From: Naegleria gruberi
Taxonomy: Eukaryota
Assembly: GCA_000004985.1 (NCBI GenBank)
Contig: GG738868.1
Length of the DNA stretch: 64,000 nt
Reading direction: 5' to 3' (one strand)
Positions 40,024 through 50,389 of this stretch are shown piece by piece. A model generated the notes under the pieces. The model made no database searches, was not told the origin of the DNA, and saw nothing but the letters and a program-made list of their open reading frames with translations. The translations under genes were made by a program, and so were the position numbers. Position 1 is the first letter of the stretch, and the number at the start of each line of letters is the position of its first letter.

Positions 40024-41248
40024 ATGAACGACACATACGAAGAACAAGTGGATGAAGTTGGTATCAGTGGTGGTGGAGGAGGTGTTGGTGGATCATCAGC
40101 CTCCAATCAACATCGTTATTATAGTGCAGGAGATTTAATGGATGAAAAATCAAAGAAACGAGTTTCTAGAGGTTTTATTGCCATTGCTGCTTTTGTTATT
40201 TTGGTAATTGCTTTGGGATTGTTAGCCTTGTTGATTTTGTCGATTGCTTTATATTGGACACGAGCAAACAAACACTTATATCCGAATCCCGAATATTCAC
40301 AGAGTACAGATTATATGCATTTTGTAGTTGTAGGCGACCAGGGAAGAGGAAATGATGCACAAAAAACTGTTGCTGCCTCTATGGGAAAATATTGTGAATC
40401 AAGTGCAAGTATTGGCAAAGCATGTCAATTCGTTATTGGTGTTGGAGATAATATTTATGATAATGGTGTCACTGATATGTATGATCAACAATTTAAGACC
40501 AAGTTTGAAGATATTTATGGAACTATTGATGGTTTGAAGGATTTGAAATGGTACATGATGCTTGGTAATCATGGTATGTAACTTGTTAATTAATGAGATA
40601 TTAACTGAGTTTTTAGATTATAGATTGAATCCTGAAGCTCAAATTCAATATTCTCAAATTAATCCACGTTGGATTATGCCAGATTATTTCTATTCATTTG
40701 AAAAGATATCAACTCAAGGAGGATTCAATGTTTCATTTGTTGTGACTGACACTAATCCATTCGTTAAGAGTTATTTCTCTAAATCAGTAATGAATCAAAC
40801 TGCTTTAAATAATAGAAAGGTCAATAATACCGATCAATTAACCATGATTGAAAGTATCATGGAAAAGAATTACAAGAATCCAAACAAATGGACTTTAGTT
40901 TTCGGTCATCATCCTGTATACTCAACTGGTGTTCACTATGATACTCCTGAACTTTTGGCAAGTTATGAACCAATTTTTGATAGATATAAATTACCACTTT
41001 ACATGAGTGGTCATGACCATTTATTGAACTGGCTCTCCAATCCAAAACTTCCATACACTCAATATGTAATTTCTGGTGGAGGTGCTGGTAATACCAAACC
41101 AATTTTGTACAATGCAAATTCCTTGAACGAGTGGAATGATTCTGGATTTTTCTCAATTGAAATTCAATATTCTTTCATATTCGCCAGAGCTTTTGATAAG
41201 AATGGAAAGGAATTGTGGAAATTTAGAATTGACAAACCAACTTATTAA
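40024..41248 (+). CDS. Tartrate-resistant/purple acid phosphatase (ACP5-like metallophosphoesterase) with N-terminal membrane anchor, 2 exons: 40024..40573 and 40617..41248 (43-nt intron GTATGT...TTTTTAG)
   Basis: ..HFVVVGDQGRGND..CQFVIGVGDNIYDNGVTDMYDQQFKTKFEDIYG..LKWYMMLGNH|DYRLNPEAQIQYSQINPRWIMPDYFYSF..VSFVVTDTNPF..WTLVFGHHPVYSTGVHYDTPEL..LPLYMSGHDHLLNW.. aligns with human ACP5 metal-ligand motifs (GDWG, GDNFY, GNHD, GHxP, GHDH). The N-terminus has a TM helix (FIAIAAFVILVIALGLLALLILSIALYW). Confidence 0.8.
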
Positions 41249-41359
41249 ATATTTTATTGATAATTTAAATGAACTATCATGTGAATAGTATTATCTTCAC
41301 AATTTCAAATCTTAAAATATGTTTTTCTAAATTTTTGTTGAATTTCAAGCAACAAAAAA

Positions 41360-41856
41360 ATGGCCAGAAAGAACAATAAGAAAATAAAGAAGAGGTAAGA
41401 AAAATATTTGAACTTTTGCGATGCTGAGACAAAAATCAATTTCCGTTCGGTTTTTATTATTAATTTACCATCATGATTATTGATTGTGTAAAATCTTGTG
41501 GAACAAAACTTCGGATTGGATGTGATTAAAATTGTCATCAATTATTATTCAACAACAACAATAGATATAACGATTATTTACTCGAGGAAGAAAAGAGAGA
41601 CGAGGAAAAGAAAAAAGCCAAAGAAGAAGTTAGAAAACAAAAGAGAGAAAATGAAGAAATGTTGGATGAAGTTAAGAACAATCCTCTTGTAAAGGAAGCA
41701 AACAAACAAGCTAAAATAGCCGAAAAGAAGGAAGCCAAAAAGAAAAAGGATGAAGCTGCAATGCAAGATGTTCAATCAGAAGACAAAATGACAGACGAAA
41801 GTCAAGACGTTGAAAAACGACCAAGACGTCACAAGCAAAGAAATAAACCATACTAA
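41360..41856 (+). CDS. Small Lys/Glu-rich protein (about 108 aa), candidate 2-exon gene: 41360..41394, 170-nt intron 41395..41564 (GTAAGA...CAATAG), exon 2 41565..41856
   Basis: MARKNNKKIKK|R|YNDYLLEEEKRDEEKKKAKEEVRKQKRENEEMLDEVKNNPLVKEANKQAKIAEKKEAKKKKDEAAMQDVQSEDKMTDESQDVEKRPRRHKQRNKPY. The intron is longer than others in the window. No family assigned (ribosome/nucleolar-associated-like composition). Confidence 0.35.
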
Positions 41857-41857
41857 T

Positions 41858-43879
41858 TTATTCCACTTTTTCTTTTTGTTTGAAAAGAGAAATTATTGAG
41901 GTTCCAACCAAGACAGTCCAAGTTGGAATCATGACAACACAGAAACTGATATAGAATAGGTTTTGAGGTAGGTCAGTAATTGTGAAAAACCATTCGAGTT
42001 GACTTGAAATAGCTTCTCCAAAATAGTGTTGTCTTACAAGAATATTTACAATAATCAAATTGAATGGACAAGCTGCAAGTAAGGATACAAGCTGAACAAG
42101 CTTGGCAATAATGTTAGTTGGAAAAACTGTTGTCAAAATGCACAAAATTGATAAATAAGAGGAAAGGAAAATACACAAGGCACTCGAATAAATCATGATT
42201 GCTCCTACCATAATTCCAGAAAAAGCAATAGAAAGAGATTTGGCATATCTCCAATGGATTGGATTTGGTTTAGCTTTGAATAAATACTCGTAAATTCTAT
42301 TAACAACTGGGTAGAACAAAGTGAGAGAAGAAAGTACCAAAATTACAACTATTGAGATCCAATAAGTGGCAAATTGTTGCGAATCAAGAGCCAAATGACG
42401 AAGAGTATCCTTCAATATAATTGGTGTCAAATAAATTAAAACTCCATTAGCAAAATTAGAAATAACAAAAATGACTGCATGAGCAAGTTCTTTTTCGGAT
42501 GCAGTACTGGCATAGTAGTTTCCAATAAATTGAATAGCCAAACAACCAAGGAACATTAATAAGTTTGGTAAATAATGTTCAAATCCATAATAATGTTGTG
42601 AATCAGTAACATAGTACAAAAAGAACGATTGATGCAACTCTTCAATAAGGTTGTTCAAGCTTCTTATACTAATTTCCATAATTCTTCCCATCATGTAATA
42701 GGTATGCATGACACCAATTTTTGTAGTGTGCTGAGTAACAGAGTTAGTCAAAGTAATTGCATGAGTTAATTGTTGTCTGAACCAGGCATGTGGGCCAGTT
42801 GGGATGGAAATCAATTGATTATACCAATGGTTCAATACAATAACACTTCGTTCCATAAAAGAGTTTGGCAAATCAATTCCAAATGATCTAATCATTTCCA
42901 AAAATGCATGATGTAAATAGATAAATGCTGGTACATGATCCTTATAGTTTGGATACTGTTGCATGGTGGCATCAACATTTGGTGTTGCAGTCAGGTCAGC
43001 TTTAAAGAAAGTAGGAAGACCACCACGACCCATATTATAATGACTTTCACTCAATAAACCAGTCACAACATTGACCATGTCAAGATTTGGAAGTTCTCCA
43101 TTGACACCTTCAGTAAGAACAGCAACTTGTTGAAAATCAAATGATTCCAAATCCAAAGTAATGGCCTCTCTCATTCTACCAGTAGGAATAGCAGCAGATT
43201 TGATAAAAGCTTCTTCACCAGCCCAATTATGTTCATATCCATCACTAATAACCAAAATAATATCATGATTAAGCCATTTAACTCTTGAAATATATTTCAA
43301 CAATGCCAACGAGAAGGCCAAACTTTCAGATTTAAAATATGGAACTGTCAATATAATAGATTCCTTTCCATTACCTCTTCCTGGTCTAATAGCAATATAT
43401 AAATTTTCACCTCTCACATTTTCAATCCTATTAATATATCTTCTTTCAACACTATACTCATGTCTCTTCATTTCACTATAAAAAGGAATACTCTCAGAAT
43501 TTAAATAACTTTCAACAGCACTATAAGTTTGATTTCTAAAATCCAACTTGGCTGATCTACTATCCAATGTTTTTAATTGATTCAAAATTGAAACTCCATA
43601 ATCAGCATCTTGTTGATTAAATTCTGGTGTATGAAAAAACACAGAGAGAGCATTCTCCGAATAATAAATGTTTTTCGTAACGAAGGGCCAACATAAAAAC
43701 CATCCAATGGCTCCGATAAATAATAAATAGGAAACAATATTAAAGTATTTAAATAGGTGAAGAATAACTCTTCTCATCATGGGAACTTGTGTTGTATTGT
43801 TATTATTTTCATCAACATTAGGATCTCTTTCATGATCACCACGAGCGATCACTTCCTTCTCTTCGTCTATTTGTTCCAT
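41858..43879 (-). CDS. GPAA1: GPI transamidase component GAA1 (GPAA1)
   Basis: ATG at 43879. Conserved blocks YYSENALSVFF.. (human YMSENAMGS), GENLYIAIRPGRGNGKESIILTVPY ([25 protein letters not shown]), NGELPNLDMVNVV (NGQLPNLDLLNLF), LIEELHQSFFLYYV (LLERLHQSFFLYLL). N-terminal TM helix plus multi-TM C-terminal region. Confidence 0.88.
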   Translation of the reverse strand: MEQIDEEKEVIARGDHERDPNVDENNNNTTQVPMMRRVILHLFKYFNIVSYLLFIGAIGWFLCWPFVTKNIYYSENALSVFFHTPEFNQQDADYGVSILNQLKTLDSRSAKLDFRNQTYSAVESYLNSESIPFYSEMKRHEYSVERRYINRIENVRGENLYIAIRPGRGNGKESIILTVPYFKSESLAFSLALLKYISRVKWLNHDIILVISDGYEHNWAGEEAFIKSAAIPTGRMREAITLDLESFDFQQVAVLTEGVNGELPNLDMVNVVTGLLSESHYNMGRGGLPTFFKADLTATPNVDATMQQYPNYKDHVPAFIYLHHAFLEMIRSFGIDLPNSFMERSVIVLNHWYNQLISIPTGPHAWFRQQLTHAITLTNSVTQHTTKIGVMHTYYMMGRIMEISIRSLNNLIEELHQSFFLYYVTDSQHYYGFEHYLPNLLMFLGCLAIQFIGNYYASTASEKELAHAVIFVISNFANGVLIYLTPIILKDTLRHLALDSQQFATYWISIVVILVLSSLTLFYPVVNRIYEYLFKAKPNPIHWRYAKSLSIAFSGIMVGAIMIYSSALCIFLSSYLSILCILTTVFPTNIIAKLVQLVSLLAACPFNLIIVNILVRQHYFGEAISSQLEWFFTITDLPQNLFYISFCVVMIPTWTVLVGTSIISLFKQKEKVE

Positions 43880-44014
43880 TTTTTATTTATATTTTAATTC
43901 AAGTATTTATTATTAATTAAATTTACTATTTAAACTTTATATTTTGAATTAATAAAACAAGAGAAAGCCTTTGAATCAAGATGTTGATATGCTTTCAATT
44001 CCCATCTTTAAAAA

Positions 44015-44960
44015 ATGGAATTGGCAACACCACTTGCTAACAATACCCTCTCTGATGATCATCATGGTAAGTAGATGATGATCGGAACAAATATTGAACA
44101 ATTAGGAATTAATTAGATTATTCATTTCCTGATGATATTTGCTTTGAAATTTTGTCATTTCTTGATCCGTGGTCGATTTTGAAAAGTTGTTTATTAATTT
44201 CCAAGCAATGGATGACAATTATTGAACAACGTGTTCAGCTTTCGTTAGAGTTTACGGAAAGGATGAATTTAAGATCGAGCCAATTGTTTTTAAAGAGCCA
44301 ATTTTTAGGAAATATTATCAATCTACAATTATCAGATAAGCAGATGAGTCTTGAGGTTTGGGAAAATGTTGTGAATGCTCTATTGTCTATGGGGAAATTA
44401 AGAATATTGATGGTTGAGAATAATGTGGATATTGAGGGAGCTAAAGTTATTGGAAATATCAAAAGTTTAACCAAGCTCAATATTAATACCATGTCAGTTG
44501 ATTTTTATAGTAGATCTTTTTGCAGACAGGTAAAGAAGGAGCTGAATATTTAAGCGAATTAATCAATTTGAAAGATCTTGATATTTATGATGATAGTATT
44601 GGTGATGAAGGAGCTTTGTCAATTTTTAACTTGAGCAACCTTACCCACCTTGATATTTCAGCAAACGAAATTAGTGATGAAGCTGCGAAATCAATTGGTA
44701 ATTTAAAAAATTTGACTGTTCTTATAATTGGAGCTAATTTAATAAGTGATGAAGGTGTTAAACCAATCACTAATATGAGCCAACTGACTCATCTTGATAT
44801 CAGCAGCAACCTAATCAAATCCACTGGAGCAAAATCTATTAGTGAAATGAAGAATTTAACACATCTAGATGTTTTTGAAAATAATATTGGTGAAGAGGTA
44901 CTGAGTGGAATGAAAAATTTGAAAGAATTCAGAGAAAATTATTGGGACTTTATGAATTAA
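44015..44960 (+). CDS. F-box/LRR-repeat protein; exon 1 44015..44066, 50-nt intron 44067..44116 (GTAAGT...AATTAG); frame switch near 44497-44525 (29-nt GT..AG micro-intron or T5 homopolymer indel)
   Basis: ATG at 44015 (MELATPLANNTLSDDHH|D|YSFPDDICFEILSFLDPWSILKSCLLISKQW = F-box). RNI-like 24-aa LRRs (..LTHLDISANEISDEAAKSIGNLKN / LTVLIIGANLISDEGVKPITNMSQ / LTHLDISSNLIKSTGAKSISEMKN). The track ORFs 44152..44553 and 44520..44960 are in different frames. Removing GTTGATTTTTATAGTAGATCTTTTTGCAG gives LTKLNINTMS|TGKEGAEYLSELIN, a perfect 24-aa LRR. Confidence 0.6.
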
Positions 44961-44985
44961 ACAATTATTTGAAGACGTTATATAT

Positions 44986-46527
44986 TTAAGGTAATTTCAT
45001 AAGTCTGACAGTGTGGGCCATATGATTGACAGTTTCAGCACCAATTACTAAGACTACCAGATCGCCAGGTTGGGCAAATGACTTTTCAACCAAATATTTA
45101 CAACAAAGCTCTTCGACACTGTGAGGACCTGTGATGTAATCCGTGTTATGGATTAGTACAGGAGTAATTCCCCAACCTAATGTGAGACGATTGAATGTAA
45201 ATTCTTGATCTGTCAATGCAATGATTGGAACATTAGGTCTGTATTGAGAAATACTGACAGCTGTTTTCCCTGAATTAGTGATACAACAAATTAATTTAAC
45301 ACCAGAGTGCTTATTTGCAATAGTAGAAGCAGCCATGCAGCTAGCATTTTCAATAGAGTCAGTGGCATTACTGTTGAAATCATTCTCATGAGAGTCCAAT
45401 CTACCAAACTTGTGAGAATTGATGTCAGCTGTTCTCACAATTAAGTGCATAGTTTTGACAGAAAGAACTGGATATTTTCCCATAGCTGATTCATTACTCA
45501 ACATGACTACATCTGTTCCATCAAAACATGCATTGGAAACATCTGTAACTTCAGCTCTGGTTGGAATTTTACTTTCAACCATAGATTGCAGCATTTGGGT
45601 GGCTGTAATATCAATTTTACCTGCTTTGGAGGATTTTTCAATTAATTCCTTTTGGAAAATTGGTAATTCATGGAAATTAGTCTCAATCATCAAATCACCT
45701 CTATGTGAAATAATTATCAGAAAAAAAATCATTCTACAAACTTACCTTGCAACCATCAATCCATCAGCTTCCTTAAGAATGGCATCAATATTTCTAATAG
45801 CTTCAATTCTCTCAATTTTTGCAATAATTGGAATAGTTTTACCAGCAAATTTCATCATTAGATTCTTGGCATCAATAATATCTTGAGCAAATCTGACAAA
45901 ACTCAAACAAACATAATTAATTTCACCACATTTCATACCAAATTCCAAATCAGCAATATCTTTTTCTGTCAATGCAGGGGCTGAAATAGTTGCCCCTTCA
46001 TCAACCATATTAATTCCCTTTCTTTGAGATAACATTCCTCCTGTTACAACTTTACAAACCATTTCAGTTTCTTCTTGATTTTTAGAAACAACGTGCACTT
46101 CCAAATAACCATCATCAATCATTAATTTAGAGCCAGGTCTACAATCCCTAACCAAATTTGGATAAGAAGTAGAAACTTTTCTAGGTCTAGTTTCATTATC
46201 TTCACCACTCGCAATAACACTCTTATCTGTAGTGATCACAATTTCCTCTCCCTCAACAATCATGAAAGATTTACCCAATTTACCAATTCTAATCTTTGGA
46301 CCTTGAAGATCTTGAACAATTGCAAATGGAATTCCACCCAATTCCTTCTGTGCCTCTCTAATCTTTTGAATCGTCTCCAAATGAACGTTGTGTTCTCCAT
46401 GACTAAAGTTTAATCTAGCTGCGTTCATTCCTTCCATCATCATTTGCATTATTATAGATTTATCGGAAGAGCTTGGGCCGATCGTGCACAATATTTTGGT
46501 TCTTCTATCAGATGCTGTTCCGTTCAT
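44986..46527 (-). CDS. PYK: Pyruvate kinase, 2 exons: 46527..45746 and 45700..44986 (45-nt intron GTAAGT...TTTCACATAG)
   Basis: ATG at 46527. ..RRTKILCTIGPSS..MQMMMEGMNAARLNFSHGEH..LQGPKIRIG..MVDEGATISAPALTEKDIADLEFGMKCGEINYVCLSFVR..IIAKIERIEAIRNIDAILKEADGLMVA|R|GDLMIETNFHELPIFQKELIEKSSKAGKIDITATQMLQSMVESKIPTRAEVTDVSNA.. The intron splits the invariant MVARGDLGIE motif (phase 2). Confidence 0.92.
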
Positions 46528-46781
46528 GTTGTTGTGTTACTGTTTTGGTGAGTGATCAAAAAATTGATTAGATCAAGCTTGATGGAACAGATTAATGTGG
46601 AGATATTTTTTTGCTTGCTTGTAATTTGACAAGTTCATTGTAAGGGAAAGGTTTGAAAGAGCATTCTGGTTGTGATGATGAGATGTTCACAATGAATTGT
46701 CTAATGGCCAAATAATTCATTGGACAAAGATGTAGAATTTACATTTATGGAAATCATTTTTAAATTGAAATTTAGAAAAAA

Positions 46782-48476
46782 ATGAAGGAAGATATTACCA
46801 GAACGCATCTTGTAACGAATTATGGTAATAGAGATTTCTCGCATAAGCATCGATCCAATATTTACAAGCAATATCGTCAGAGTTTTAAAAATTCACCTCA
46901 GACAAATGAACAATCTGGCCATGATGACTCATTCGTCCAGAGTCGATTAGCAACACTGCTACAACAATATTTGTTTAAAACTAATCTCAGTTATCAGGTA
47001 GAAACAATTAGTGGAGAAGAAATGAGACTCTTAGAACAGTACAATGAATTGGCTTCGTATAAGAGACAATTCGATCCAGAAGGTTCACCTCCAGAACTTC
47101 CTGAATTCTTAAATGAACCATTCTATTACATTATTGATTTGAGAAATCTCATGTCAAGACCCAATTTTAAAACTCTCTTTCCAGAGTTTGCAAGAACCGC
47201 CTTAACTGAAGAATTTCGACAGGATTTGGAAATATTTTGGAGGGCGTGTTGTAAAGTATTGAATAGAAACTTTGCATTCATAACCCATTTAGATTTGGGA
47301 GAGAATGATTTGGAAAATCTAAAGCCATTCAGAGAATTATCTCAACTCAAACGTTTGACATGTCTTTCATTAAGAAATAACAAGATTTTATTCATTCAAG
47401 AATTGAGATACTTCTCTGGATTGGTTATTAATGAATTGGATATGTCTGGTAACCCATTCATTAACACTGGTGGTTATGTGAGGGAAGATGTCATTTACAT
47501 GTTGTCATTGTTCCCATTTTTAGAAATAGTGGATCAAAATTTCATTCCAGACGATGTCAAAGAAGAGATTGTTATTCACTCATCTTCCAATGTGTCTTTG
47601 TTACCAGATATTAATATTCAAAGTACATTTGAAAGTCAAGAAGAAAGGGCCTGGATTGAATGGTTTCTCAATAATTACTTTACAACATTCGATACTAACA
47701 GAGCTGAAGTAATGTCATGTTATCAACATAATGCAATCTTCTCGTTTTCATACGATATCAATGCCTATGCTGATTTACCTGAGACATTCGAATCTAAATT
47801 AAGTTTAAGATATCTGAAGCCATTCTCCAGAAATTTACTTTACATTCTCAGAGATTCTACTGCAAGAGAAACTCTTCTGAACGAATCTCTCACTCTTCGA
47901 ATTGGAAAAGAAGCAATTTATGAACTTCTTATTGCTATGCCAAACACAATTCACAATTTAACAACTAATTTAATTGATGTATCGTCATATGACGTTATCA
48001 AAATAGTAGATGAACTCAATCCATATCAATCCCCAATTACTAAACATATTATGGTCAATTATCATGGACAATGCCAACAAATGGACGAAAAAGGTATTAA
48101 ATATCCAAGGTCAATTGATTGTCAATTGATTCTCACACCTAATTTGAATCCACTTACTCAACAAACTCTTCGTTACCTCATCCAAAATCAACAATATCAA
48201 ATTAGACCATATGTTTCACTCAGTTTGACCAAGATCTTCAAAGGACATGAAATAGAAAGACCTTCAACTCCTTATTCTTTCGTTGATACTGGATCAAGAA
48301 CTGAATTAACAGCGCTACACGAAAGCATAATAGTTCAATTCACATCAATTACTGGATTAAGAAGAGAATATGCACTTCCATGTTTGGAATATTCAAATTG
48401 GAATATTAGTAACGCAATTAACACTTTTAACACGGAAAAGATGAATGGAAATATTCCACTCTATTGTTTTCAATAA
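46782..48476 (+). CDS. Nuclear mRNA export factor NXF1/TAP/Mex67-like (LRR + NTF2-like + TAP-C/UBA-like)
   Basis: ATG at 46782. LRR region (..ITHLDLGENDLENLKPFRELSQLKRLTCLSLRNNKI..LDMSGNPF..). NTF2-like domain (..WIEWFLNNYFTTFDTNRAEVMSCYQHNAIFSFS..). C-terminal UBA-like (..LTALHESIIVQFTSITGLRREYALPCLEYSNWNISNAINTF). Confidence 0.72.
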   Translation: MKEDITRTHLVTNYGNRDFSHKHRSNIYKQYRQSFKNSPQTNEQSGHDDSFVQSRLATLLQQYLFKTNLSYQVETISGEEMRLLEQYNELASYKRQFDPEGSPPELPEFLNEPFYYIIDLRNLMSRPNFKTLFPEFARTALTEEFRQDLEIFWRACCKVLNRNFAFITHLDLGENDLENLKPFRELSQLKRLTCLSLRNNKILFIQELRYFSGLVINELDMSGNPFINTGGYVREDVIYMLSLFPFLEIVDQNFIPDDVKEEIVIHSSSNVSLLPDINIQSTFESQEERAWIEWFLNNYFTTFDTNRAEVMSCYQHNAIFSFSYDINAYADLPETFESKLSLRYLKPFSRNLLYILRDSTARETLLNESLTLRIGKEAIYELLIAMPNTIHNLTTNLIDVSSYDVIKIVDELNPYQSPITKHIMVNYHGQCQQMDEKGIKYPRSIDCQLILTPNLNPLTQQTLRYLIQNQQYQIRPYVSLSLTKIFKGHEIERPSTPYSFVDTGSRTELTALHESIIVQFTSITGLRREYALPCLEYSNWNISNAINTFNTEKMNGNIPLYCFQ

Positions 48477-48539
48477 ATTGTGATTTAAATTATTGTAAAT
48501 TATTTGAAAAATCATTATGAAAATTTCAAATAACCAAAT

Positions 48540-49628
48540 ATGAACCTTCAAAATTGGTTAACAAACTTGGATTTGCAGCATTTCATTAATTTTAAATCAA
48601 ATTTTAAAAAAATGAGAAAACAATTAATAAGCAAACTCTCACAAATTGTCTCCCGTGATTTGGGTAATCGTGGCATTGGAAAATTAATAGAAAAATACAC
48701 AAATAACTCTTCCGATTCTACTATCAAACAATCTGAACTGTATTGTGGCAATGAACATTCTATCGGAAAGATTGTTGATGAATTTATAATGCCAAAGGTT
48801 GATTGCCAAAAAGATGTTATTTCTAACAAGTACATTTCGATAATTACTGGATTTTCTGTGCCACCAAATGGATTTTCGGAGAATGATGGACCTTTGGGTG
48901 CAATTTGGATTGGATTGGGAATTGTGAAATATTCCAATTTGAATGTTTTATATTTTGTGGATGAGAATCAATACAATGCAATTTCCAAGTTTGCCAATAT
49001 GGTTTTTGAATCAATGAAAGATAGAATTAAAATTGTTAAAATTACAAAGAGTGATTTGGATAATGTAAAACAATCATCAAGTATTTCTGAATGTATTGAA
49101 AATATTGATTCAATGATTTCTATTGAAAGAGTTGGAAAAACCAAAGATTCTAATTATTATAGTATGAGAGGAATTGATATTTCAAGTTACAATTTGTCAA
49201 TGGATAGATTAATTGATCATGTCAGAGAAATCAAACCAGAAACTCAACTAATTTCTATTGGGGATGGAGGTAATGAAATAGGAATGGGAAATGTAATTGA
49301 TGGAGTTGCACAATTCATCCCAAACGGTGATAAAATAGCATGTGCTGTCAAATGCAATCAGTTATTAATTTGTGGCGTCAGTAATTGGGGTGGTTACTTA
49401 CTCTACCTATTATTTGAACATTGTAATTCATCGCTCACTCTTCAAACAATGCAAGGTATTAATATTGAACTCGATAGAAGCTATCTAGAATATATGAATA
49501 ATGAATGTAAAATGGTAGATGGTGTTAGAAATCAGCCAACTATGAGTGTTGATGGTCTTGAGTATGATCTAGTTCATGCCAACATTCTAAAGGAATTAAA
49601 TGAATGTTTCCAATCATCTAACCAATAA
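48540..49628 (+). CDS. Conserved protein with GDGGNEIGMG motif; possibly DUF4392/D-glutamate-cyclase-related (tentative)
   Basis: ATG at 48540, 362 aa. Motifs ..LISIGDGGNEIGMGNV.. and ..CNQLLICGVSNWGGY... Family assignment is from memory and unverified. Confidence 0.4.
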   Translation: MNLQNWLTNLDLQHFINFKSNFKKMRKQLISKLSQIVSRDLGNRGIGKLIEKYTNNSSDSTIKQSELYCGNEHSIGKIVDEFIMPKVDCQKDVISNKYISIITGFSVPPNGFSENDGPLGAIWIGLGIVKYSNLNVLYFVDENQYNAISKFANMVFESMKDRIKIVKITKSDLDNVKQSSSISECIENIDSMISIERVGKTKDSNYYSMRGIDISSYNLSMDRLIDHVREIKPETQLISIGDGGNEIGMGNVIDGVAQFIPNGDKIACAVKCNQLLICGVSNWGGYLLYLLFEHCNSSLTLQTMQGINIELDRSYLEYMNNECKMVDGVRNQPTMSVDGLEYDLVHANILKELNECFQSSNQ

Positions 49629-50389
49629 AAATTGGTGTACCCATTCCATAATTATTAATTTCAAAGATTATATTCAAAATCAACCTTGGAATTAAGGATG
49701 AAAATGAAAACTCTGAAAACGATAGACATCTGAATAGATTCTTTCTCTAAATTCTAAAAATCTCAATATTTTGACAATAAATATATCAAATCTAATCAAA
49801 TCATCATAACGATTTGAAAAACTCATTCAACAGATTGAACGACTACAATCCATTTCCTCAAAAGCTCACTCGTCAAAACTTGTATACAACCACATTTAGG
49901 ACACCACCTAAATTGGTGCCAACTGAGAGACAGTACCCACTAACTCCAACCATTCAAAACAACAACAAATTATCGATATTATTAGACTATTTGATTGCAA
50001 TATTAAATACTTACAAAACACATGTTTGGTTGGTATAATTAAAATGTTCCCGATTATTTTTACTTGCTTCCTTCTTAGGTGGTGAGAGAGGACACATCAT
50101 CAACAAAAGCCGCGCAAAAGAATGCCTGGTAGTAGCTATTATTAATTTTTTGCAACTCAAAAAAAAACCTTGCGCTTCTTTCCGCAATTACAAACACAAA
50201 AGAATCTTCGGGTGCTTAGCCTGCAAAGCGAATCACAACGACGACAACAACTTTTTTGATTGTTTTTATTTCCCTTGTTATAACAACAACCTGACATCTT
50301 TTTGGAACTTTTTGTTCGCAAAAGCAAATTATCATCCATAGTATTTTTTAATACGTAGTAGTAGTACAATAATTGAAATCACTTTGAAA

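Noticed and set aside
44527-44575. Alternative GTAAAG donor at 44530 as the real intron in the F-box/LRR gene
   Set aside because: Its phase is incompatible with all downstream acceptors in the LRR frame. The 29-nt GT..AG excision or a homopolymer indel fits better.
49814-50038. 74-codon ORF between the DUF4392-like gene and the antizyme gene
   Set aside because: No in-frame ATG (starts on TTG), Pro/Thr-rich low-complexity, no homology. Likely non-coding.
50150-50369. Overlapping Cys-rich small ORFs on both strands upstream of the antizyme gene
   Set aside because: Low-complexity, mirror-image ORFs on both strands with no family resemblance. They lie in the probable promoter/5' UTR of the antizyme gene.
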